DNA from: Spirochaetia bacterium
Lineage (GTDB): Bacteria; Spirochaetota; Spirochaetia; SZUA-6; Bin103
Direction: 5' to 3'
Length of the DNA stretch: 64,000 nt
Assembly (NCBI GenBank): GCA_965208575.1
Contig: CBDBOV010000004.1
Location: 672,001-736,000, forward strand
Below the pieces are notes generated by a model, which worked only from the letters and a program-made list of their open reading frames with translations, was not told where the DNA came from and did no database searches. Shown here piece by piece: positions 1-9,171 of the stretch. Position 1 is the first letter of the stretch; every line of letters starts with the position of its first letter. A program made the translations under genes and the position numbers.

Positions 1-1
1 T

Positions 2-277
2 GCGCTGGCCACCGGACGGATCGACGCGCTGGCCCGGGGCGAGATCGGCAACCGGTCCACCGCCCGCGCGCATGGCGGGGCGTTGGTGGTCACGGCGCTC
101 GATGCACAGGCGGAAACCGGCGGGTTCGCATTGGCGGCGAGGGACGCGAAGCTGGCGGAGTGTCTTGATCGTCACATCGCCTGGCTGACCGACAACGGGC
201 GTATCGGCTACCGGGAGTGGCATGAGGCGCCGGGGATCTTCCTGTGGCGAGCCCGGCAGTGGCCCGGGCCGGAGTGA
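2..277 (+). CDS. C-terminal part of a putative amino-acid ABC substrate-binding (family 3-like) protein, 5' truncated by window edge
   Basis: Frame open from position 2: ALATGRIDALARGEIGN...ETGGFALAARDAKLAECLDRHIAWL, resembling the 'aL.sGriDA' and C-terminal helix of SBP_bac_3 proteins. Confidence 0.5.
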   Translation, partial: ALATGRIDALARGEIGNRSTARAHGGALVVTALDAQAETGGFALAARDAKLAECLDRHIAWLTDNGRIGYREWHEAPGIFLWRARQWPGPE

Positions 278-480
278 GGATGCAGGCGGGCGCCTGCCGA
301 TGACGTGAGCCGTGGCGTAGCGAAACCCTTGTGTTGGAGGACGCCCGGTAAGGGCGATCCGGGGACCTTGCACCTGGCTGGCCTTCACGGCCTCGAACCA
401 CCGGCGCAGCAGTTCCCCGTCGCGGAGCACCCGGCGGCAGGTTGCGCACCGGGGGCCGATGGCGCCTCGTGGGCGGGGAC

Positions 481-775
481 CTACTGGTACGCTATGGTGT
501 TGGGGTCGACCTCCAGCACCACGTCCGGCAGCGTGTCGCTGCCCACTCGATCCTGGCGCCCAGGGGGCCGCGTGGTCCGGGGGTGCAGGTAGACGGTCTG
601 GTCGGCCTCCAGGATACGCCGCCACGCGCCTTGGGCGTCGCGCAGCAGGAGGTCGGAGGCGCCGAACGTAGCGATGGGTGCGCCGCGCCGGTGGACAATC
701 GGTCCTGGGCAGCGCGGCCAACACCTGCCCCGGCTGTTCGTGGTGGACGGAGACCGGATCGCATCCCATGGCGGT
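481..775 (-). pseudogene. Uma2-like (PD-(D/E)XK) endonuclease remnant, frameshifted and truncated
   Basis: Fragments 'DPVSVHHEQPGQVLAAL' and 'PIATFGASDLLLRD...ILEADQTVYLHP...LPDVVLEVD' lie in different frames, with a stop immediately after. Confidence 0.55.
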
Positions 776-799
776 CTCGGTGGCAGCCAACACACCAGC

Positions 800-1242
800 T
801 CTAAAGACCCGATTCTTGCGCTGCGCCTGGCGCTCGCCGGCCTGCTTACGGAATCTTCGTCAGCAGCTTGCGCGCTTCGCCGTGCCGTTGCTTGGGTACC
901 TGCGTCAGCAGGTGCACCAGCCGATGCAAGCAGCGCTGCTCCTCGGCCCCTGGGAATGACTCGCGTAGCGCGCTCCACAGTCCCAGGTTGCCGTCCCCGA
1001 CCGCCAAACGCGGTTCATTCACTACGCGTGCCTTCAGCTCGCGCAGCAAGCCGCTCCACGACGCCGTCGATTCCCAATTCCCGCTGCTCACCGCCAGCAC
1101 CACCTGTGGCCGTCGCTCTCGCTCCGATAGTCACCGGTAACGCCGCCCTCTGCTTCTCTAATCCGGCTTTCAGGTACACGCCGTCCATCCGCAGGTACAC
1201 GATCTCGTCGTCGATCCGCTTGTGCCACTCGCTGTGCTCCTG
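800..1242 (-). mobile_element. IS256-family transposase internal fragment (pseudogene)
   Basis: 'EIVYLRMDGVYLKAGLEK' then, after a frameshift, 'ESTASWSGLLRELKAR...PRLAVGDGNLGLWSALRESFPGAEEQRC'; these are IS256/mutator DDE motifs; no N-terminus. Confidence 0.8.
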
Positions 1243-1911
1243 TTAGCGTTCAGCCCCGACTTGGGCGGTGCTGTGCACGGCTTCGCTCACAAATGCGAGG
1301 GTCCTGGGGAGCACAGCGTAGAACAACAATAGGTTTTCGTCGTCGTCATCCTTCACTACCCAAGCATGGCCCTCGAAGGTGTGTTGACAAACACCGGATC
1401 TCGGCGCAACGCGCCCATAGTGGTGCTCATCGCCATCGTGGTCGATCCAGTAGTAGACAATCTCCGAATCGGTGCCATTCAAGAAGATGATCTCCGTCTC
1501 AGAACCGCCTTCTAGTGACCGTACTGGTTCGTCGGCAAGCATCGCTGCGCCCAAGTGCTCCAAGTGCGCGAGCTGAGCTCTCAACTGACCTTCCAGGAAC
1601 GGGGATGAACTACTAGTATCCAGACGTAGTTGTTTCAGCCACAACTCGCCGTAGCGATACGCTACGTCATCGATGGTTCGCTCGGATCGGTCAAGCAACC
1701 AACGCCACAGGAGCTCACGCTTTTGTACGCGCTCACTCACGCCGAAACCGAGAGCAACGCCGATGCACAGGACACCAACCACCACTATCAGAAAGAGCGC
1801 CCAGCTCACCCCGCGCCCGTGCTCATCGTGCACAGCCTCGGGTGCGCCGCGAGCCGGCTTCGACAACAGTCCTTGCCCGCGCAATGCTCTCAATAGTTTC
1901 CGATCCTCCAT
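1243..1911 (-). CDS. Membrane-anchored protein with C-terminal VHL (von Hippel-Lindau) beta domain
   Basis: TM helix WALFLIVVVGVLCIGVALGFGV; 'RSLEGGSETEIIFLN..SEIVYYWIDHDGDEHHYGRVAP...HTFEGHAWVVKD' aligns by eye with the VHL beta domain. Confidence 0.75.
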   Translation of the reverse strand: MEDRKLLRALRGQGLLSKPARGAPEAVHDEHGRGVSWALFLIVVVGVLCIGVALGFGVSERVQKRELLWRWLLDRSERTIDDVAYRYGELWLKQLRLDTSSSSPFLEGQLRAQLAHLEHLGAAMLADEPVRSLEGGSETEIIFLNGTDSEIVYYWIDHDGDEHHYGRVAPRSGVCQHTFEGHAWVVKDDDDENLLLFYAVLPRTLAFVSEAVHSTAQVGAER

Positions 1912-1923
1912 ACTTCCGCGTTC

Positions 1924-2313
1924 CTACGTTCTGGCCGCGACAGCAAACCTACTTCGATCTCGATCAGCAGCGCCACCGGATCCCGCAAGAGCGGGAATCG
2001 TGATACTGCCTCCCACGATGTCGTTCAGGGCCGACCGGCGGTCTGCCAGATGCCTCCCAGGCGTGGTAAGTCGTTGCTGGCCGTCGATGAGCAGGCTTGT
2101 TGTGAAGCCAAACTCCGTGATCCTCGGGTAATGGACGATACTGCCGAGGAAATGACGCTCACCGGAGGCGGACCCTGCTGCTGCCTGCTCGACATCATCA
2201 AGGAGCACCAGGCACGGCTCATCACTCCAACGATAGGGCCGCTGGAACGGGGGAATGATGAACTGGCCCGGTCCGCTTACCAAGCTGAGGATAGGTCTGT
2301 CGTGTGCATTCAT
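1924..2313 (-). pseudogene. DUF262 (GmrS/ParB-like) restriction protein N-terminal remnant
   Basis: 'IPPFQRPYRWS...HFLGSIV...LLIDGQQRLTT' hallmark motifs; similarity is lost right after DGQQR. Confidence 0.8.
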
Positions 2314-3085
2314 AGGATGGGCGCAGGCTCCCGCCACACGGGGAAGGATGGATCCAGGGTAGCACGGCGCTCGGCCCGAAGGAAATGGGAACTCGTGCGG
2401 TACTTTGCATAGGCGCTTGCGTGCCTTGCTTGCCACCGCATGTACCACCGCTACGTACCGGCGCCGCCGTCGGAACTGGCGAAGTAGTGCGATCTCTACG
2501 CCGTAGCCGCGTTCGGAATCGGCCGCCCGTCGCGCGCTCTGCAGGCTGCCGCCGATCCCGGTCCTGGGACTCTGCCGACTCCGGCGTTCGGACCCGGGCC
2601 GCGATAAGGGCGAGGAGGGGTAGCCAGGACTATCCCACGCTACGAAACCGCGGTCTGTCACGCACCGCCTCGTCGCCGCCCCATCGATTCTGGCGACCTG
2701 CACCTGATCCGCGGTTCTCATGCCACGATTCACGTGAGCCGGTACGGTCACTCCGTGACAGGGAAGACGATGAAAACCGATGCCCGAGCATCGCCCACCA
2801 GCCGGCTTTTTCGGACCAGCCTACGGTCAGCGAACGGTTCGCCGTGGGCCAAGTGCCTGAAAAAAGTCGAGAAAATCGCTCGCTGCGGGCCTGAGGGGGT
2901 TGACATGGTTTCGGGCGCGCGATTGGGCCACGTCCCCGACCCCGCCTGTTCCGCCCCCCCTTGGCGCCCTCAGCGCGCGCTCTCGGCCCGCCGCGTCCGG
3001 GTCTGGCCCGCAAAGCCCAAATCGGACGGGCGGCTCGTCCACGGGCCGGCACGGGGGCACCGAATACCGGGTGTACCATGGCGGC

Positions 3086-4750
3086 ATGGCACCTGACACC
3101 TATACGCTGCCGCGCCCGCCGGCGCCGTCAGCGCGGCCTGACCCGGCAGCCACCGACCCGGCCGCGACCGCGGCCACCACCGCTGCGAGGGCGCCCGGCG
3201 CGAGCGAGACTGCGACGCTCGCCGTTGCCGACAGCGCAGCGCCTCCGGCCCCGGAGGCACCCCCCGACCTGAATCAGCTCGGCAACCGCATCGCCGAGCT
3301 GTCGGCGCGCATCCAGGCCGCCACCTACGAGTTGCTGTGTGACGTGCGCGAGTTCGACCGCCACCACGGCTGGGAGGGCTTCCGTTCCTGCGCCCACTGG
3401 CTGAACTGGCGCACCGGCCTCGACCTCGGCGCTGCCCGCGAGAAGCTGCGCGTGGCCGCTGCGCTGGCCGATCTCAACCACCTCTCCGCGGCCATGGCCT
3501 GCGGTCGGCTGTCCTACTCCATCGTACGCGCCCTGACTCGAGTGGCCACCGCCGACAACGAGGCACGGCTGATTGCCGTGGCCTGCTGTGCCACCGCGGC
3601 GCAGGTGGAGCGGCTGGTGCGGGGGTGGCGGCAGGCGGACCGGGAGGCGCAGCCGGACGCCGAGCAGGTGCGGCTGGCGCGGCGCACGCTGACCACGCGG
3701 GTGGACGAGGACGGCACGGTGGTGCTGCGGGCGCGGCTTACGCCTGAGGTAGGCGCGGTAGTGCTGCGGGCCCTGGAGGCGGCCGTGGAGCAGGTGCCGG
3801 CGGCGGAGGAGGAGGATACCGCCGGCGGCGACGAGGCGAACATCGCGCAGCGGCGTGCGGATGCGCTGGGGCTGGTGGCCGAGAGCGCGCTGTCGGGCGG
3901 GCTTGATCCGGGCAGCAGCGGCGACCGCTTCCAGGTGACGGTACACGTGGAGGCTGACGGGCTTTGCTGCCGCGAGGCCGCCACGGCCCCGCGGCACGTT
4001 TCCGCGGAAATTGCGCCGGGCAGCGAGGCAGCCTTCGCACCGGCGGCAGCGTTACTGGACGGGGTGGCGGAGCAAGTATCGATCGAGCACGCTGAGGAAC
4101 TACCGGCCACCGAGGCGACGCCCGACCGCGACTTGGCGGTCCCGATGCCTGGCCCCGACGCCGGGCAGGCGGTGATCGAACAAGCAGGAGGCATATACGT
4201 CGGCAAGGAGGCAGCGCGTCGCATCGCCTGCGATGCCGGCCTCGTGGAGCTGCGCCACGGCGCCGACGGCGAGGTGCTCGAAGTAAGCCGCAGGACCCGC
4301 ACCATCCCGACCGCGCTGCGCCGTGCCTTGCAGAGCAGGGATCGCAACCAGTGCCAGTTCCCCGGCTGCGAGTCCCGCCACTGCGACGCCCATCACGTCA
4401 TGCACTGGGCCGACGGCGGGGAGACGCAGCTCTTCAACCTGGTTCTCGTCTGCAGATTCCATCACCGAGCGGTGCACGAGGAGGGGTTTCAGGTGGTCGC
4501 TGACGGCGCCGGGGGGTTCCAGTTCCTGCGCCCGAATGGCGAGCCGCTGCCGGCGGTGCCACCGGCGCCGCGCTGGGAGGGTGTCGGGCCGCCGCTGGCG
4601 CCGACCCTGGAGCGCCTGGCGGCGGCCGGCATCAGCATCGGTCCGCACACCGCTACTCCCGAGTGGTACGGCGAATCGTTGAACGTGGCGGGGGCGCTCG
4701 ACGTGCTGTGGCAGCCGCCCGTGGCGGCGGCGCGCGGCGGCGCTCCCTGA
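3086..4750 (+). CDS. DUF222 (13E12-type) domain protein with C-terminal HNH endonuclease
   Basis: 'SCAHWLNWRTG...AREKLRVA' and 'ARRIACDA...RTIPTALRRALQSRDRNQCQFPGC...DAHHVMHWADGGETQLFNLVLVCRFHH'; start placed at ATG 3086, 6 nt after TACCAT. Confidence 0.88.
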   Translation: MAPDTYTLPRPPAPSARPDPAATDPAATAATTAARAPGASETATLAVADSAAPPAPEAPPDLNQLGNRIAELSARIQAATYELLCDVREFDRHHGWEGFRSCAHWLNWRTGLDLGAAREKLRVAAALADLNHLSAAMACGRLSYSIVRALTRVATADNEARLIAVACCATAAQVERLVRGWRQADREAQPDAEQVRLARRTLTTRVDEDGTVVLRARLTPEVGAVVLRALEAAVEQVPAAEEEDTAGGDEANIAQRRADALGLVAESALSGGLDPGSSGDRFQVTVHVEADGLCCREAATAPRHVSAEIAPGSEAAFAPAAALLDGVAEQVSIEHAEELPATEATPDRDLAVPMPGPDAGQAVIEQAGGIYVGKEAARRIACDAGLVELRHGADGEVLEVSRRTRTIPTALRRALQSRDRNQCQFPGCESRHCDAHHVMHWADGGETQLFNLVLVCRFHHRAVHEEGFQVVADGAGGFQFLRPNGEPLPAVPPAPRWEGVGPPLAPTLERLAAAGISIGPHTATPEWYGESLNVAGALDVLWQPPVAAARGGAP

Positions 4751-4895
4751 GCGAACCGCAACTTGGCGGTGCAGCGCAGCGCGGATGAGCAGCGCGCCCG
4801 CGATGGAGACTGCCTCCAGGGATTTTCAGTCCTCATCAGCATGGGATCGCCCTGAGGGGTAGCGGAGGGTGGGGGCGAGAGGTTAGGATAGCGGT

Positions 4896-5396
4896 ATGGC
4901 TGATTCTGCGACCGGTGTCCCGGCGGACACGGTCTACCAATCGAATGTGCGCGTGGAGCGGATCAAGGGTCCGTTGCGCCGCGCTCATCTGCCGGCCGAG
5001 TCCGACCCGGTGCTGTTCGGCGTCCACTCCGAGATTGCCGAGCACTACGGGGTCGATCCCGAGGTTCACGAGCCGCACACCACGACGCTCGACTACGTGG
5101 TGGCGGCCGCCGGCGGGTGACTGACCGGCACGTTGGGAGGCGCGCTGGAAGCGCGCGACATACCCGCCGGTGAGGGCTACCTCACCAGCGACACGACCGG
5201 ATACATAGGCAAGGAAGGCTCGGTACTGGTGATCCGGGCCGTGCACGTCGACTACCGCCTGCGGCTGTCCCCGGACAAGCGCGCCGCCGCCGAGCGCGCG
5301 CATCGGTTTCACGCCGACCGCTGCCCGGTGGCCGTTTCGCTGCGCGACAGCATCCGCATCACCACCGCCCTGCACCTCGAAGACCTGCCCGCTTAG
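4896..5396 (+). CDS. OsmC-like selenoprotein (Sec at UGA 5118-5120)
   Basis: ORFs 4896-5120 and 5133-5396 are in the same frame and separated only by TGA: 'DYVVAAAGG-U-LTGTLGGAL...HADRCPVAVSL'; TGA falls at the OsmC peroxidatic Cys position; downstream hairpin present; sel operon in the window. Confidence 0.9.
5140..5156 (+). promoter_or_regulatory. Candidate bacterial SECIS hairpin for the OsmC-like gene
   Basis: GCGCGCT-GGA-AGCGCGC, 7-bp stem; the G-initiated loop starts 27 nt after UGA. Confidence 0.65.
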
Positions 5397-5624
5397 TTGG
5401 CGTAGCGGAACCGGGTGCCGCACCGAGCGTGGCGAGACACCCGGCTGGGGGTGAGTGAGCGAGGAGCAGCACGAGCACGCCGGCCGGGATGCATCGCGGC
5501 ATCCAGTGCAGCCGGAGTTCGCCGTCGCGACTCGCGAACGGACGGACAGCGGCGGCAGGTCGCGCCGGCAGGCGAGGGCTCGGGCCGTTGAGCCGGACGG
5601 CTGTTGGAGGTGTCCTTCGATCGC

Positions 5625-6461
5625 ATGGACGAAACAAGGGGCAGGCAACTCCTGCGGGACGGGTACTGCTTGGTACCGGGCGTCCTGGACACCGGTATGC
5701 TCCGCCGGCTCCGGGCAGCGACCGACCTGATGCTGGACGCGCAGACCGAGGAGCACAGGGCGCGCACCCGGTCGCAGGGCAGCATGTTCGGCTTCCCGCA
5801 GACCACCGACTCGGTGTTCGCCGAGTTGATCGCGCTGCCTGCGGCGCTGGCCGCCCTGGCGCGGCTCGGCTTCACGGAAGTTACCTTTACCGACGCCTAC
5901 CTCATCAGCAAGCCGCCGCACAGCCCGCAGTTATTCTGGCACTACGATTGGTTTGCGTGGCAGGAGCCGCAGATGTACGCGCCGACGCCGCCGCAGGTGT
6001 TTCTCATGTATTACCTGACCGACACCTGCCGGCAGAACGGCTGCCTGCGCGTCATTCCCGGCTCGCACACGCGCCACAACCCACTGCACGACCTGATCGC
6101 CGAGCCGCACAGCGCCACGCTCGGCAGAGCCGAGGACCTGGACCGCGCCGAGTTCGGTGAGCGGCCCGACGAGATCGACGTGCCGGTGCGGGCCGGCGAG
6201 CTGGTGGTCGGCGATGCCCGCCTGCTGCACGCCGCCCACCCCAACCGGAGCGACCGGCGGCGAACCGTGCTTACCCTGTGGTATCAGCCCGACTACCCGT
6301 CGCTGCCGGAGCGGGTCAAGGCGCAGATGGTCGCCAAGACGCAGCCGCTGGCCGAGGGGTGGTCCGCGGAGGGCAAGGCCATGGTCAGCGCCCTGCACCC
6401 GGTATACGACGGCCCCGCCCTGCCCCACGGCCGCATGCTGCGGCCCAGGCAGCCGCCGTGA
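5625..6461 (+). CDS. Phytanoyl-CoA dioxygenase (PhyH) family Fe(II)/2OG dioxygenase
   Basis: 'WHYD', 'NGCLRVIPGSH', 'VPVRAGELVVGDARLLHAAHPNRSDRRR'. Confidence 0.9.
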   Translation: MDETRGRQLLRDGYCLVPGVLDTGMLRRLRAATDLMLDAQTEEHRARTRSQGSMFGFPQTTDSVFAELIALPAALAALARLGFTEVTFTDAYLISKPPHSPQLFWHYDWFAWQEPQMYAPTPPQVFLMYYLTDTCRQNGCLRVIPGSHTRHNPLHDLIAEPHSATLGRAEDLDRAEFGERPDEIDVPVRAGELVVGDARLLHAAHPNRSDRRRTVLTLWYQPDYPSLPERVKAQMVAKTQPLAEGWSAEGKAMVSALHPVYDGPALPHGRMLRPRQPP

Positions 6462-6495
6462 GCCGGCGCGGTCCTTATTGACCGCCGATGCATAA

Positions 6496-6516
6496 TTGTA
6501 CAACATTGCTGTACGG
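6496..6516 (+). promoter_or_regulatory. yefM-yoeB autoregulatory operator (two TGTAC-core sites)
   Basis: TGTACA at 6497-6502 and TGTACG at 6510-6515 just upstream of yefM, the same core as the E. coli yefM-yoeB operator repeats. Confidence 0.65.
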
Positions 6517-6527
6517 AAAAGCCTGTA

Positions 6528-6812
6528 ATGATTTTCGAAACGACCTACAGCAACGCACGCGCCCACCTTGCGGCGCTGATGGACCAGGTGACGGACACCC
6601 GCGAGCCGGTCCTGATTCGCAGGCGCGGCGCAGAGCCGGTCGCGCTGGTCGCGGCCGATGAACTCGCCGGCTGGATGGAGACCGCCTACCTGCTTCGTTC
6701 GCCGGGTAACGCGCAGCGCCTAATCGACGCCGACCGCCGCGCGGCCGCCGGCGAAGGCACTCCTTTGACCGTCGGACAACTGCGAACAAGAATCGGCCTC
6801 GACGACGCGTGA
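6528..6812 (+). CDS. yefM: Phd/YefM antitoxin
   Basis: 'TTYSNARAHLAALMDQV...EPVLIRRRG...ETAYLLRSPGNAQRL'. Confidence 0.92.
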   Translation: MIFETTYSNARAHLAALMDQVTDTREPVLIRRRGAEPVALVAADELAGWMETAYLLRSPGNAQRLIDADRRAAAGEGTPLTVGQLRTRIGLDDA

Positions 6813-7081
6813 CGGACAGCCGCCGCCCGGATGCGCTGTTCGACCGGAATTGCCTCGATGACCTGGTGTATTGGGTGCGTACGGACCGGCGGAAGGCGCT
6901 TCGCATCCTGACACTGGTCGAAGCGGTAATCCGCGACCCGTTCGACGGACCGGGCAAACCGGAGCCGCTCCGCGGGCAGCTTGCCGGCGCCTGGTCCCGG
7001 CGCATCGATCAGGAACACCGCCTGGTCTATCGGGTCGAGAGTCGCAGCGTGCGCTTCCTCGCGGCCCGCTACCACTACTGA
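6809..7081 (+). CDS. yoeB: Txe/YoeB toxin
   Basis: 'DDLVYWVRTDRRKALRI...PFDGPGKPEPLRGQLAGAWSRRIDQEHRLVY...ARYHY'; GTGA overlap with yefM. Confidence 0.93.
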   Translation: MTDSRRPDALFDRNCLDDLVYWVRTDRRKALRILTLVEAVIRDPFDGPGKPEPLRGQLAGAWSRRIDQEHRLVYRVESRSVRFLAARYHY

Positions 7082-7136
7082 CCGCATCGCCGTCACCCTC
7101 TCCAAGAACTATAATCAGGAACTGGAAAGGACACGC

Positions 7137-9002
7137 ATGGACTACCCGATCACGCCGCTCGCCTTCACGGAGGTGACTTTCGACGACCGCTTCTGGCTGC
7201 CGCGCCTCACCACCAACCGCGAGGTCACCATCCCGTACGACTTCCGCAAGTGCGAGCAGACCGGCCGCATCGACAACTTCGCCAAGGCCGCCGGGCTCAT
7301 GGAAGGCCCGCACGAAGGCATCTTCTTCAACGATTCCGACGTGTTCAAGGTGGTCGAGGGCGCCGCTTACTCGCTGAGCCTGCACCCCGACCCCGAGCTC
7401 GATGCCTACCTGGACGGCCTGATCGCCAAGTTTGCCGGCGCGCAGGAGCAGGACGGCTACCTGTACACCGCCCGCACCATCGACCCATCTGCGATGGAAC
7501 CCGACCGGGAGGGCCTGACGCGCTGGTCCAACCTCAAGGTCAACCACGAACTGTACAACGTCGGCCACCTGTACGAGGCTGCCGTGGCACACCACCAGGC
7601 CACCGGCAAGCGTGCGCTGCTCGACGTGGCGGTGCGCAACGCGGAGTTGATCGACCGCGTGTTCGGGCCCGGCAAGATCCGCGACGTGCCCGGCCACGAG
7701 GAGATCGAGATCGGCCTGGTCAAGCTGTACCGTACCACCGGCGAGCGCCGCTACCTGGAGCTGGCGAAGTTCTTTCTCGACCAGCGCGGCCAGCCCGACC
7801 GCGGCACCCTGCACGCCAACTTCGACAACCCCGGCTACATGCAGGACCACCTGCCGGTGACCGAGCAGCGCGAGGCGGTCGGCCACGCGGTGCGGGCGGG
7901 CTACCTGTACAGCGGCATGGCCGACGTGGCGGCGCTGACCGGCGACCAGGCGTACATCGACGCGCTCGACGCCATCTGGACCAACGTCGTGTCCAGGCGC
8001 ATGTACCTGACCGGCGGCATCGGCTCGCGCCACCACGGCGAGGCGTTCGGCGACGACTACGAGCTGCCCAACGCCGAGGCGTACGCCGAGACCTGCGCCG
8101 CCATCGCGGGCGCGCTGTGGAACCACCGCATGTTCCTGCTGCACGGCGACGCCCGGTACCTCGACGTGCTGGAGCGCACCCTCTACAACGGCCTCCTGGC
8201 CGGCATCTCGCTCGCCGGCGACACCTTCTTCTACGCCAACCCTTTGTCCTCCGACGGCCGGTGGCCGTTCAATGTCAGTACGGGCGCCGAGCGCTACCCC
8301 TGGTTCGATTGCTCGTGCTGCCCTACCAACGTGGCGCGCCTGCTGCCCTCCCTGCCGGGCTACGTCTACGCGCACCGCGGCGGCGAGGTGTACGTCAACC
8401 TGTACGCCGCCGGCACGGCCACCATCCCGACGTCCGCCGGCTCCGTGACCCTGGCGCAGGAGACGGACTACCCGTGGTCGGGCGCCGTCCGGCTCACCGT
8501 CGACCCCGACCGGGAGTCCGGGTTCGCCCTGCGCCTGCGCGTACCCGGCTGGGCCCGGAACGAGCCGGTGCCCAGCGATCTGTATCGCTACCTGGACGCC
8601 GCCGGAGAGGCGCCCTCGCTACGCGTGAATGGCGCCCCTTCCGGCGTGGAACTGGACCGGGGGTTCGCCGTGGTGCGCCGCCGCTGGCGCCCGGGCGACA
8701 CGGTCGAACTGGACCTGCCGATGCCGGTCCGCCGCGTCGTGAGCCACGAGGCCGTGACGGACAACCGCGGGCGCACCGCCGTCGAGCGCGGCCCGCTGGT
8801 GTACTGCGCCGAGGGGGCCGACAACGGCGGCAAGGCCCTCGGCCTCACTCTGCCCGACGCCGCCGCCCTCAGCGCCGAGCACGACTCCGCCCTGCTCGGC
8901 GGCGTAACGGCGATCCGCGGCGCCGGCATCACCCTGATCCCCTACTACGCCTGGTCGCACCGCGGCGCCGGCGAAATGAATGTCTGGCTGCAGCGCGAGT
9001 GA
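7137..9002 (+). CDS. Glycoside hydrolase family 127 (beta-L-arabinofuranosidase-like)
   Basis: 'FNDSDVFK', 'HELYNVGHLYEAAVAH', 'GHAVRAGY', 'YAETCAAI', 'WFDCSCCPTN'. Confidence 0.92.
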   Translation: MDYPITPLAFTEVTFDDRFWLPRLTTNREVTIPYDFRKCEQTGRIDNFAKAAGLMEGPHEGIFFNDSDVFKVVEGAAYSLSLHPDPELDAYLDGLIAKFAGAQEQDGYLYTARTIDPSAMEPDREGLTRWSNLKVNHELYNVGHLYEAAVAHHQATGKRALLDVAVRNAELIDRVFGPGKIRDVPGHEEIEIGLVKLYRTTGERRYLELAKFFLDQRGQPDRGTLHANFDNPGYMQDHLPVTEQREAVGHAVRAGYLYSGMADVAALTGDQAYIDALDAIWTNVVSRRMYLTGGIGSRHHGEAFGDDYELPNAEAYAETCAAIAGALWNHRMFLLHGDARYLDVLERTLYNGLLAGISLAGDTFFYANPLSSDGRWPFNVSTGAERYPWFDCSCCPTNVARLLPSLPGYVYAHRGGEVYVNLYAAGTATIPTSAGSVTLAQETDYPWSGAVRLTVDPDRESGFALRLRVPGWARNEPVPSDLYRYLDAAGEAPSLRVNGAPSGVELDRGFAVVRRRWRPGDTVELDLPMPVRRVVSHEAVTDNRGRTAVERGPLVYCAEGADNGGKALGLTLPDAAALSAEHDSALLGGVTAIRGAGITLIPYYAWSHRGAGEMNVWLQRE

Positions 9003-9122
9003 TCGAGTAACCGCCACCACCGGTCCGACCAAACATCCGGTGCCCTGCATGCGCGAGCGCCGGCAGCGCCCGCGCACGCGTTTGACCGGTGCCAGCACAG
9101 GTGATACGGTGACAGATACTTT

Positions 9123-9132
9123 GCAACGTTGC
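9123..9132. promoter_or_regulatory. Palindromic operator candidate GCAACGTTGC upstream of SBP copy 1
   Basis: Perfect 10-bp palindrome; the same AACGTT core occurs upstream of the other two SBP genes. Confidence 0.5.
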
Positions 9133-9171
9133 GTTGGTGCTTGCAGGCACCCGCAGCAAGGAGGCAACGCG

